From the NCBI GenBank assembly GCA_965220105.1, contig OZ244811.1:1161798-1225797 (forward strand): a stretch of 64,000 bases of DNA. The letters run 5' to 3'. The stretch is from Dehalococcoidia bacterium. Its GTDB lineage: Bacteria > Chloroflexota > Dehalococcoidia > Lucifugimonadales > UBA3495. Shown here piece after piece: positions 36,935 to 45,955 of the stretch. Position 1 is the stretch's first letter. Every line of letters starts with the position of its first letter. A program made the position numbers and the translations under genes. A model generated the notes under the pieces. The model was not told the DNA's origin and did no database searches. It saw only the letters and a program-made list of their open reading frames with translations.

Positions 36935-37321
36935 TCATCCAGTGGCGAGGGTCTGGGCGTCGTCGATATACGCGGCGGTTTCGTTGATGCGGCGCTCGGT
37001 CTGCTCGTTGCAATAGCCGGAATAGAAGCACATACCGTGCAGGTTGTGGATTCGGCTGTAGTAGCGACCCTGGAGCGTTTGAATTTCCGGGACGAGACGG
37101 CAGAGGTTGTCGAGGTGATCTGTGGTGGCCGCCGTGGTGGGCGGCTCCTCGCCGGTCCGGGCCAGGATGAGGGCGTCGGTGGCGCGCTTGGTGGCGCACC
37201 AGGCCTTCTCCGCCGCATCGCGAATATCGCCGTTCTGAAGGCGCTCGATGGCCTGCGCATGAACGTTGCGGGCGTCGGCGAAGAGTTCGTCAACGCGGTC
37301 TTGGATTGCGGCGGTGGTCAC
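36935..37321 (-). CDS. HEPN-superfamily / PaREP1-like small protein (128 aa)
   Basis: ...AQAIERLQNGDIRDAAEKAWCATKRATDALILARTGEEP...LQGRYYSRIHNLHGMCFYSGYCNE... This fits the all-helical pattern (AxEKxWGA...LH..FY) of PaREP1/HEPN-like proteins, recalled from memory. Confidence 0.45.
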   Translation of the reverse strand: MTTAAIQDRVDELFADARNVHAQAIERLQNGDIRDAAEKAWCATKRATDALILARTGEEPPTTAATTDHLDNLCRLVPEIQTLQGRYYSRIHNLHGMCFYSGYCNEQTERRINETAAYIDDAQTLATG

Positions 37322-37852
37322 TGATTGGCTTCCGTAGCTTGGTGGGCCTATCTTACCAGCGCGGGGTGAGTTGTGGAACAGAATCGGTTGTTCGGTCGGA
37401 CCTGTTCAGAGTCGCCTCTGCTCGTTCGAGGAGGGGGGTGGCCTTCGGCTGGAGACTCCATGAATGTAAGCACGCTCTAATCCTGGTCACTACTCGGTGG
37501 CTACGACGCGCTGGGCTCGGTGTGCCTGCCGGTGTTCTTCGGCGCAGTTCGGGCAAAGGGTCTTGCTGTCAAGGGCGTCGGCAAATGCATGGGAATGCTG
37601 ATCCTTGCGCCGGGGACACGGAGAGGCCCTGAGCGGGTTCGTAGTGGTTCTTTGCCTTTAGGCCGGAGACGCGCCTCTGTGCGGCTCTGGCGGCATCTCA
37701 CCGCATTGCGGCTCTGCCACGCGGGCGTGTGGTGAGTCCGGCGATTGCTGTGTGGTCTCCTACGCAGGCTCTGCCTCACTCGCGGATTTCTCGAGGTCGT
37801 GGCACGACGGACCCGCCGGAGGGTAATTGTTTACTCTCGTCGAAATAAAAAT

Positions 37853-37880
37853 GACCGCGGGCATCACGGTGCCCGCGGTC
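37853..37880 (-). terminator. strong rho-independent terminator (usable on both strands)
   Basis: Perfect 10-bp GC stem gaccgcgggc / gcccgcggtc with an 8-nt loop. On the minus strand it is followed by atttttattt, 28 nt after the stop of ORF 37908..38102. Confidence 0.7.
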
Positions 37881-37907
37881 AAAATCTTGTGAGCGGATTT
37901 ATCGGTG

Positions 37908-38102
37908 TCAGGTGGCGACGGTCCTGTCCGGCATTTCCTTTTGGATCGGTTGGGTTTCAGGTTTGCTCTGTCGGTCTCGTTCTTTGTGTCGCGCTTTCAT
38001 TTGCCGGCGTTTTTCCGTGCAATCCGGGCAATAGGCTGTGCCAGGTGTGGCGGCGCTTCGGCAACTGGCGCAGAGGCCGAGTTCCTTGCGGCGTTCGCGC
38101 AA
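37908..38102 (-). CDS. zinc-ribbon basic protein (paralog family, copy 2); the frame is open upstream to about 38260
   Basis: MRERRKELGLCASCRSAATPGTAYCPDCTEKRRQMKARHKE... The same frame upstream reads NWTIERTAEYVIPLPTFQVDLKKAYPPYAESDRKNPKTDEQRKQDRRDYEKRL with no ATG, so the 5' end is unclear. Confidence 0.5.
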   Translation of the reverse strand: MRERRKELGLCASCRSAATPGTAYCPDCTEKRRQMKARHKERDRQSKPETQPIQKEMPDRTVAT

Positions 38103-38261
38103 ACGCTTCTCGTAATCTCGTCGGTCTTGTTTACGTTGCTCGTCGGTTTTAGGATTTTTCCTGTCGGACTCAGCATAAGGCGGGTACGCCTTCTTCAGGT
38201 CGACTTGGAAGGTGGGTAGAGGGATGACGTACTCGGCGGTACGTTCTATTGTCCAATTTGG

Positions 38262-38476
38262 TGGACCTTGCCGTGCCGTCCTACAACATTGAGTCCTAGG
38301 CTTGGGTCACGGCGCCATTGGCCGCCAACGCGGGCGTCCGGACGGCACCCTATTTTGATGTGGGAGGCGGAGAGATCTGGATGGTCACCCGCTCCGTTCC
38401 GTTCCGGGTGCGGGACGCCGAGGGCGTCTTTGCCCTCATCAGCACCGATCTTCCCGTGGAAGACCCTGCCCAGTAA
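38262..38476 (+). pseudogene. 3' fragment of a Cache-like lipoprotein gene (duplicate of 46421..46930) with in-frame TAG at 38297-38299
   Basis: DLAVPSYNIES*AWVTAPLAANAGV.TAPYFDVGGGEIWMVTRSVP..VRDAEGVFALISTDLPVEDPAQ*. The intact copy has CAG (46592-46594) where this copy has TAG. Confidence 0.75.
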
Positions 38477-38951
38477 CGCCTGCACAGCGTCGACCTCTCC
38501 CTGTGAGCGATGAGGAGCGAAGGCAAGGATGGATGCGTTGTCGGTCAGCCAGTTCGGCGTTGGCGACAGGGTCGGCGCGGCGGCCGCTTTGGCTATGCCT
38601 TGCTTTCGCTGCCGTTGGTCGGGAGGTCCGGCAGAGTCCGCTGTTCCGTGTTGCTGCGGGATTGGGTAGCCTTGTTCTTTCGCGGCTTACTGGCTTTTTT
38701 CACTTGGCCGGGCACTTGGGCTACGAGTTCGAAGACAGTGTCTTTTGGGTTGTCCGCCTGGACCGTGGTGGTTTTGCCGTTTCGTGACGCCTTCGCTGGT
38801 TTTCGTTTGCGAGTCTTGTCGGTGGGCGCCGGAGAGCTGGCTTTTTTGGATTGGGGCGCACCTGATTTGGCTTTCCTGCGCGGCTTGCGGAGGGTAATCA
38901 CAAAGGTGGATTCAAATGTGCGCTCTTTAGATTCCCCCGCTTGCACGGGGA
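38264..38951. repeat. left arm of a roughly 690-bp inverted repeat (partner at 45941-46640)
   Basis: The reverse complement of 38264-38951 aligns by eye with 45941-46640 at roughly 90-95 percent identity with a few indels. For example, ggattcaaatgtgcgctctttagattcccccgctt matches aagcgggggaatctaaagagcgcacatttgaatcc. Confidence 0.8.
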
Positions 38952-39017
38952 CAACGCGTCGTCTAGGTGCCGGCTGCGGCTCTGGATGGGAATACCCCCG
39001 CGTGCACGGGTTCACTC
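38928..39017 (+). CRISPR. relic of two type I-E-like CRISPR repeats, 61 bp apart
   Basis: tagattcccccgcttgcacggggacaacg (38928-) and ggaatacccccgcgtgcacgggttcactc (38989-). The cores start at 38931 and 38992. They resemble GTGTTCCCCGCGCCAGCGGGGATAAACCG and the reverse complement of the 25.3-25.5 kb repeats. Confidence 0.4.
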
Positions 39018-39510
39018 AAGGATCACCCCCGTACATGTGGCGCCATCTGCTCCAGTCTCTCGGTGTCCCCAGATTTCCTAGCGCTGGTCGATGCAGCCAC
39101 ATCGGCATTGCTGGTCATCCTCCCAGATTGCAGACCCCAGCGGCTCAGCTGACGTCTAGTGCTGGGACCCGCGGAAACGCGTTCTCACCCCGTTTTGGAA
39201 GGCTGGACGACCCAAAACACCTGAAATAGCCCAAACCGCCATGAGAACGCGCATTCGTGGGGTCTATGGCGATTCTGTGGGACGATCGGATCGGCGTTTT
39301 TGCAACTTACGGCTGGCGTACCTCGGCCAACGGGATCCGCCGTCCCCCAATACCAGCAGACGTTTCGACGCAACCGCGCCACGCACCGTCCTTCAATGCT
39401 GATGTGGGAAAGGGATTGCGGTAAGCCGGGCTGTTTTCGCTATCTTTAGTCCATCACCCGCGACGTGCTCAGACAGTAACGGACACGCCGCCACATCAGG
39501 AGTGCACGAT

Positions 39511-39747
39511 ATGGACCAAACGCCCGAAAGGATCACCTACAGTGTGAAGGAAGCAGCCGCGGCCCTGGGAGTCAGTGAGTGGATGGTGCGGGAGGAAATC
39601 CGTGTTGGACGCATTGATTCCGTGAGGTTCGGCGCCCGTATATTAATCCCCCGCCAAGCTCTGGAACGACTCGTCGGCAACTCGGAACAGACCGACGACA
39701 AATCCAGCGCCGCGCCTGAGGAAGCTCACCAACCGAGGGCCGACTGA
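39511..39747 (+). CDS. xis: excisionase/MerR-type HTH DNA-binding protein
   Basis: The ATG at 39511 comes after aggag. It reads MDQTPERITYSVKEAAAALGVSEWMVREEIRVGRIDSVRFGARILIPRQALERLV, the classic excisionase-family HTH_17 pattern. Confidence 0.8.
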   Translation: MDQTPERITYSVKEAAAALGVSEWMVREEIRVGRIDSVRFGARILIPRQALERLVGNSEQTDDKSSAAPEEAHQPRAD

Positions 39748-40153
39748 GTTGAGACCAAACGTCGTGCGTTCGGTCTTGCCGACTGGTTCATCGACGGGAT
39801 TCGCGTTCTCACCGCGGGCAAAGAACCAAACCAGTTGGTAGGCTGCCGGATCCGACGGTTCTTGCAGGCGTCGTCCTGCCCGAACTATGCGCAGCTAGAG
39901 GCGCCGACGGCCGCATTTAGGGGCAAGCCTCCATTGCCTATACAACTTTCGAGTTGGAAAACCGCCGACCACAAAACTTCAGACTCAACAAGGAGGTGAG
40001 ATGTCATTCAGGGAGTTTCCGGCGGAACGGTTCAACGTTCTGGCAAATCCGTGAGGACGCTGCCGGTTGGTCCCGTCGGAAATCATCAGCCGAGCTGACC
40101 CGTTCGCGCCAAGTTCGTTAACAATTGGAAACCGATTGGAGAGGTATCACACC

Positions 40154-41281
40154 ATGAAAGGCACTATCAGGCAACGCAATCCAGGCTCCTGGGAAATCCA
40201 GGTGTTCCTGGGCCGTGACGCCAATGGCAAACGTATCCGCAAGACGTAAACGGTCCGGGGAAAGAAATCCGACGCCCAACGTCGGCTGCGCGAAATCCTG
40301 GCAGAATTGGACCGCGGCATCGCCCCTACAAAAGTCCAGTACAAGGTCGGTGAGTGGCTGGACAAATGGCTCCAGGAGAAAATCATTCCTAATCGCCGGC
40401 AGAAGACGATCGACCGTTACGAGGGCATCATACGGCTCCACATCAAACCCACCTTGGGGCACGTGGGGCTTTTGCAACTTTCCCCAATGCATATACAGGG
40501 GCTGGAGTCCAAACTCTTGGACGAAGGGATGGCGCCGAAGGGTGTGCAGGCGGTACACCACGTGCTCAGCGGTGCCGTGAAACACGCGTTGAGAATGGAA
40601 ATGATATTCAGGGATCCCGTGGCGCTGGTGTCGCCACCCACCGTCGCCAAGACGGAAGCGTACAGTCCCGAAATGGACGAGGTGCTGGCGCTATTGTCGT
40701 TGGCGGAAAAGGCGGAGGACCCTCTTTGGCCGTTCATCCACCTCATCGCTTTCACTGGGATGCGCCGAGGCGAAGCCCTGGCTTTGACGTGGGAGCATAT
40801 CGATCTGGACGAGGGAACTCTGCAAATATGCCAGTCCCTGGTCGTGACAGCTAATGGTGTGTCGTTGGAGCCGCCTAAGACGGCACGCGGGGAGCGGACC
40901 GTGGCCTTGGATGCACTGACCGTGGGAGTCCTGCGTAAGCACCGGGCACAACAAGAGGAACTAGCAGGCCAACTGGGTGTAGAGCCACCTGCGATCGTCT
41001 TCCCCCGGCGCGAATGGACCGGGTGGTCGCACCCCAACACGGTGATGCACGCCGTGGAACGGTTGGTAAAACGCGCGGGATGTCCAAGTGTTACGTTGCG
41101 AAGCCTGCGGCATTTCCACGCCTCGGTGTTGCTGGATGTGCGGCCAAACTATGCCGTGGCGGCCGAACGTCTTGGCCATTCAAGTCCCAAAATTACCATG
41201 GATATCTACGCCCACGCCCTCGAGGGATGGCAACAGGAAGCGGCGGATGCCTTTGCGAATGCCATGCAGCCAGCAGCCTGA
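40154..41281 (+). pseudogene. int: tyrosine recombinase/phage-type integrase with in-frame TAA (40247-40249)
   Basis: MKGTIRQRNPGSWEIQVFLGRDANGKRIRKT*TVRGKKSDAQRRLREILAELDRG... The two track ORFs (40067..40249 and 40307..41281) are in the same frame. The catalytic region reads FTGMRRGEALALTWEHIDL...LRHFHAS...LGHSSPKITMDIYAH. The total is 1128 nt (376 codons). Confidence 0.85.
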
Positions 41282-41405
41282 AAAATGCTGGACAAATGCT
41301 GGACAAATTCACAACAACGGACATAGCTTCACCGCATGAGGCCCGTAGGTTTGAGTAGACAATCTCAATTCACAGCAGTGTACAATACGCCAAAATACTG
41401 ATACC

Positions 41406-41428
41406 TTCGAATCCGCCCCTCGGCACCA
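41406..41428 (+). other. tRNA 3'-end fragment (T-loop, 3' T-stem, acceptor strand, encoded CCA): probable att core
   Basis: ttcgaatccgcccctcggcacca. The upstream sequence cannot form the 5' acceptor, D or anticodon arms, so it is not a gene. It lies 125 nt after the integrase stop. Confidence 0.6.
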
Positions 41429-41456
41429 TAATTTCATTATCTGAAAATCTATACTA

Positions 41457-42652
41457 GTACCGTTTCAATCTGATCTTGTCGGATAGATATGTTGGAGCTT
41501 ACGGCGAGCATCTTGGGTGGTAAACCGCCAGTCGATGGCTAATCTTGCTGCGTTGCGCGCGCTTTCGAGCGCCGCAACCTCTCGCCGCAGCTCCGCCTCA
41601 TCGCTGATACGGCGGTTCAGACATCCCCTGCTGAAGACGCTCAACTCGATCTCAGCCATGTTCAGCCAGCTGCCGTGGGTGGGAGTGTAATGAAACTCGA
41701 GGCGTTGGGCGATGCGCCGAGCTTCGGATGGCTCAAATGCTTCGTAGAGCGCGCCGAGCTGGTGGGTGTTGAGGTTGTCCAGTACCAGCCTGACCACCTC
41801 GGCATCAGGGTAGGCCTCGTCCACCAGCCACCGCATCTGGTGCGCGAAGTCCACGGCAGTGCGGCGCTCGGTCACCTCCACAGGTCTCCAGCCACCCCTC
41901 GGCTCACAGATCATGAACAGGTTCCGGGTCCCGTTACGCTGGTACTCGGTGTCATAGCGTGCCACCCGTCCCGGGGCAGCCTCCAGGGGCGGACGCACCT
42001 CTCCGGTCAATTGCCGGGAGGTCTCGTCGAAGCACACTACCGGACGCTCCGGATGGTACGCCGGTTGGTACAGGTCCAGCACATCCTCCATCCGCGCCAC
42101 GAACTCCCCGCTCACCTTGGGGATACACCACTCTTGCTTCTTCCACGGCTTGAGTTCGTTTTTTTGAGCATCTGGCGCACCGTCTCCAGGGAGATGCTCT
42201 CGGCAAACTCCAACTCCACCACCTGGTCGGCCAACAACTGGAGTGTCCAGTGCGTGTGCCCTGCGGGCGCGGCGCTGCACGCAATGGCGATCAGGTGCGC
42301 TTCCTGCTTGCCGTCCAGCTTGCGCTCCTGGCCCGGCCGCGGTCGGTCATTGCTGGCGGCCTCAAGTCCTTCCTCCACGTACCGCTTCCGCGCTCTGGCG
42401 ACCGTGGCCGCGTTGACCAACAGCACATCGGCTAGCTCACGGTCCCGAAGCCCCTGGTCAGCCTTGAGCAGCGACAGCGCACGCTTCACGGTGCGCACTG
42501 ACGCCTTGCCTCGCTGGGACACCTCATTGAGACGGGAGCGTTCGGCCTCGGTCAGCTCTACTTTATACTTGATGGCAGCCCTGGCTGGGCACTTCCTCAC
42601 ACAAAGCTCATGCCCAAGTATGGCTGCTTTCTTATATTCTTACAAATCTACC
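41457..42652 (-). mobile_element. IS630-family insertion sequence (copy B, 1196 bp), flanked by TA
   Basis: TA is present at 41455-56 and 42653-54, and the ends begin gtacc.../...ggtac-like. It contains ORFs 42112..42600 and 41465..42280. Confidence 0.75.
41465..42600 (-). CDS. IS630-family transposase (copy B), -1 frameshift on A7
   Basis: On the minus strand, ...ETVRQMLKKTNSSRG* in frame 0 becomes LKKNELKPWKKQEWCIPKVSGEFVARMEDVLDLY... in the -1 frame, at ctcaaaaaaacgaactcaagcc. 1136 + 1 nt = 379 codons. Confidence 0.75.
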
Positions 42653-42654
42653 TA

Positions 42655-43884
42655 GTACCCAGTCACATTTGTATTGATGGGTATAAGGACTTGAGCTTGA
42701 TGCGGGCGTCCTCGGTTGTGAAGCGCCAGTCCGCTCGAAACCCCTGCCGATTCCGCTGGTTTTCCCATGCCCCGGTTTCCTGCTCCAGGATTCCCCGGCT
42801 GGGGATACGGCGGTCCAGGCACTGCCCTGCCAGCACCCCCAGTTCTATCTCCGCCATATTCAGCCAACTGCCGTGCTTCGGCGTGTAGTGAATCTCCAGC
42901 CGCTCCGCGATGCGCCGGGCCTCTGCCGGCTCGAAGGCCTCGTACAAAGATGCCAGATGATGGGTGTTCAAGTTGTCCATCACCAGCACTATCCGCTCCC
43001 TATCGGGATAGTCCTCGTCCACCAGCTTCCGCACCACCTCCGCCCAGTCAACCCTGGTGCGCCGGTCCGTCACCTCCACCCGCCGCCATCCCTCCAAGGG
43101 CGCGAACAGCATGAACAGGTTGCTCACCCCGTTGCGCTGGTATTCATAATCGTAGGCCATGACTGAACCAGGCCGCGGCGGACGGGATTGCCGAGTCTCC
43201 CCCACCAGTTGCTTGCTGGTCTCGTCCAGGCACACCAGAACTTCCTTGTCTTCATAGCTGCGGTGATAGACCTCCAGCACGTCTTCCATGGCGCATACAA
43301 ACTCGGCGCTGCCCTGGGGAGGCAGACACCAGCACTCTTTCAGCCAGGGCTTCAGTTGGTTTTTTTCAAGGTCCGGCGCACCGTCTCGTCGCTGATGCTC
43401 TCCACTATCTCTCCTTCCACCAGTCCGTCGGCCAGCAGTTGCAACGTCCAACTGACTCGTCCCTCCGGCGGCGGCGAGCAGGCCAGGGCAATCAGGTGGG
43501 CCTCACCCTGACCATCCAACTTCTTCCGGCGCCGGTTCAGTTGCTCTTTGCGACCCAGGGCGGCCGCCACTCCCTCCTCCACACAGCGGCGGCGTACCCG
43601 TTCCACCGTGGCGGTGCCCACCTTCAGGGACCGGGCTATCTCCTGGTCCATCATTGGCCCCTCGGCCTGATTCTCATCGCTCAGCAGCAGGATGCGGGCG
43701 TGAGTCTGCTTATAGGCTGCCGCCCGTCCCTTGGAAACCAACGCCTTCAGTTCCTCCTGTTCTTCTACCGTCAGTTCTACCCGATACTTCTTCACCATCA
43801 CGTCCCTCACCACTTCCCCATTTGTTCCTGTATCTACTTGACCTTCACATCCTACCATCCATCAATTCATTGGTGGTAGGCCAC
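42655..43884 (-). mobile_element. IS630-family insertion sequence (copy C, 1230 bp), flanked by TA, abutting copy B
   Basis: The left end gtacccagtcacatttgtattgatggg matches the reverse complement of the right end gtggcctaccaccaatgaattgatgga. TA is present at 42653-54 and 43885-86. Confidence 0.8.
42663..43858 (-). CDS. IS630-family transposase (copy C), -1 frameshift on A7
   Basis: TLKKTN* in frame 0 becomes LKKNQLKPWLKECWCLPPQGSAEFVCAMEDVLEVY in the -1 frame, at ttgaaaaaaaccaactgaag. 1196 + 1 nt = 399 codons. It is about 85 percent identical by eye to copy A in the DDE part. Confidence 0.8.
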
Positions 43885-43898
43885 TAGTAACGGTACTA

Positions 43899-44716
43899 GG
43901 TTCTGTTGACATTTGATTATAATGGCCGTATGTCAAACATCAGATTATCACCAGAACAGTGGGCTAGGATTCTCGATTTCTTGCGTGGCTGCACCGGCTT
44001 GTACGTTGGACAGGAAGCGGATTGCCGGCGTTTTGTCGAGGCCGTCTTATGGATTAACCGCTCTGGGGCCCAGTGGCGACTGCTGCCGGCCGAATACGGG
44101 AACTGGAACACCGTCTACAAACGATTCGCCCGTTGGACTGACCAAGGGGTCTGGGAACAGATGCATCAACATTGCTCCGGCGACCCGGATCTGGAATACC
44201 TGATCATCGACAGCACGGTGGTCCGGGCGCACCCTTGCGCGGCGGGAGCTCCCCCAAAAAGGGTGGCCAGGCGGCCCAGGCCCTGGGCCGGAGCCGCGGC
44301 GGGTTCAGCGCCAAGATTCACGTGAGCGTGGACGGCTTGGGCAACCCCTTGCGATTCATCCTGACCGGCGGGCAACAGCACGACATCACCCAGGCGGAGG
44401 GTTTGATCGCCGGTTATGCTGGCGAGCACGTACTGGCCGACCAAGGGTACGATGCCCAGGAGTTTCGCCGACACATCCTGGAACTGGGCTGGACCTGGGT
44501 ATGATGCCGGTCATTCCGCCCCGCTCGAACCGCAAGGAACCCGCCGACTATGACCGGCATCTGTACCGGGAGCGTCATCTGGTGGAATGCTTCATCAACA
44601 AGATCAAGCACTATCGCCGGATCTTCTCCCGGTTTGAGAAGCTGGACACCAGATACCTGGGCTTCCTGCATTTCACCGCCGCTCTCATCTGGCTCCGGTA
44701 AAATGTCAACAGAACC
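43899..44716 (+). mobile_element. IS5-family (IS427-group-like) insertion sequence, 818 bp, 16-bp perfect IRs, flanked by TA
   Basis: ggttctgttgacattt (43899-43914) is the reverse complement of aaatgtcaacagaacc (44701-44716). Confidence 0.85.
43930..44701 (+). pseudogene. IS5/IS427-type transposase in three frames
   Basis: MSNIRLSPEQWARILDFL...RFVEAVLWINRSGAQWRLLPAEYGNWNTVYKRFARW...IIDSTVVRAHPCAAGAP, then a shift near ccccaaaaaggg to KKGGQAAQALGRSRGGFSAKIHVSVDGLGNPLRFILTGGQQHDI...LADQGYDAQEFR. A second break near 44500 precedes VIPPRSNRKEP..YDRHLYRERHLVECFINKIKHYRRIFSRFEKL. The first shift may be programmed; the second looks like damage. Confidence 0.7.
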
Positions 44717-44944
44717 TAAATACGGGTATCAATATAGACCAGGTCGGGCCATTTGCCGACATCGGTTTTGAGCGCGGTCCCAGACACAACGATTGACGCT
44801 GTGCGTGGTCGGAGATCCGCGCCCCGAATTATTGAGCGCCTGAAGCCTGTCGCCGCGCCGGGTGCCACACCGTTGAATCGGGTAACGATCCGCTCAGGAA
44901 ATGCGCCTCAGGTCGTGGTGTTCATTGAATTTCTGACTTGGTAA

Positions 44945-45396
44945 TTGCATCATGATAACGTTGACCGAACGGTGCATGGTGCGGCAAGAGCGGCGATGAT
45001 GATGAACTCCACGATGATCGCTGACCACGAGCCCATCGTTGTGTTGATCGACGGGGATAACGCGCAGCCTTCGCTGATCGGACAAGTGCTGGCCGAAACC
45101 GCTAAATACGGACACGTTGCGGTGCGGCGAATTTATGGGGATTGGACGGCTCCGCAGATGTCCTCTTGGAAAGACGCCCTTCAATCCCACGCAGTTCAGC
45201 CCGTCCAACAATTTCGATACACCACTGGAAAAAACGCTACGGACCGTGCGTTGATCATCGATGCTATAGACCTGTTGCATTCAGGCCACGTGGGCGGGTT
45301 TTGTATAGTGTCCAGCGACAGCGACTACACTCGATTGGTTACTCGAATCAGGGAGCAGGGGTTGTTGTTGATGGGTATCGGTCGTTCGCAAACGCC
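44945..45396 (+). pseudogene. NYN-domain (LabA/limkain-type) putative RNase, C-terminus cut by an IS630-type end at 45397
   Basis: IVVLIDGDNAQPSLIGQVLAETAKYGHVAVRRIYGDWTAPQMSSWKDALQSHAVQPVQQFRYTTGKNATDRALIIDAIDLLHSGHVGGFCIVSSDSDYTRLVTRIREQGLLLMGIGRSQTP. It then meets the terminal repeat TA-gtactcagtc. The true start is probably one of the Met codons at 44996-45002. Confidence 0.7.
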
Positions 45397-45955
45397 CATA
45401 TCCCTAGTACTCAGTCAACGTTGGTAGGGCATGGGTAAAACCGATGAAGTTTGGTTCTGGCGTCGAGGGCGCTGAACGGCCAGTTGATGGTGACGCCCGC
45501 TGCGTTGCGTTGGGTGTCGTAGGCTGTGATCAGGCGTTGCAGGGCGTCGTCGTCGGGGTTTCTCCCTTTGAGACAGGAGCGGGTGAGACAGGCGCGGGTC
45601 AACACGCTGAACTCGATCTCCGGCATCCCTTCGAAGTTCAGGACAGGATTCAGCCAACTGGCGTGTTTGGGCGTGTGGTGAAACTCCAGCCGCTGCACGA
45701 TGCGCCGCTCGGTGATGGCCAGGTGGCGCCAACCCGCCAGCGGCTCGCAGGTCACGAAGAGGTTGCAAGTACCGGCGCGCCGATACTCGTAGTCCTGCTG
45801 CCGCGGTCGTCCCGGCTGGGCGGGTAGCGGCGCCCTGACCTCGGCCGGCAGTTGGGTGGAGGTCTCGTCAAAGCACACCACCGGCCCTTGGGGGTCGTAG
45901 GGCTCGGCATACAAGTCCAGCACGTCCTCCATGACCGCCACAAACTCCCCGTTCA
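45397..45955 (-). pseudogene. IS630-family transposase fragment (copy D) with terminal repeat, internally deleted and 5'-truncated
   Basis: GEFVAVMEDVLDLYAEPYDPQGPVVCFDETSTQLPAEVRAPLPAQPGRPRQQDYEYRRAGTCNLFVTCEPLAGWRHLAITERR, a deletion, then QRLEFHHTPKHASWLN... The end sequence is gtactcagtcaacgttgg at 45397. Confidence 0.7.

Noticed and set aside
38593-39015. Track ORFs 38593..39015 and 45852..46325 as complete genes for K/R-rich proteins.
   Set aside because: Their N-terminal 30-40 residues are translations of CRISPR-repeat relics or of the antisense strand of an IS630 fragment, so the annotated starts are spurious. Only the shared K/R-rich core may be real, and it has no Met (a GTG at FVITLRK is possible).
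41340-41430. A complete tRNA gene downstream of the integrase.
   Set aside because: Only the last 23 nt (T-loop to CCA) look like tRNA. The preceding 55 nt contain no complementary 5' acceptor strand (gccgagg), D-arm or anticodon arm.
43887-43896. TA-gtaacggtac-TA between IS630 copy C and the IS5-like element as an IS630 excision footprint or ultra-short element.
   Set aside because: Ten base pairs is too short to support. It may simply be the original target DNA between two TA insertions.
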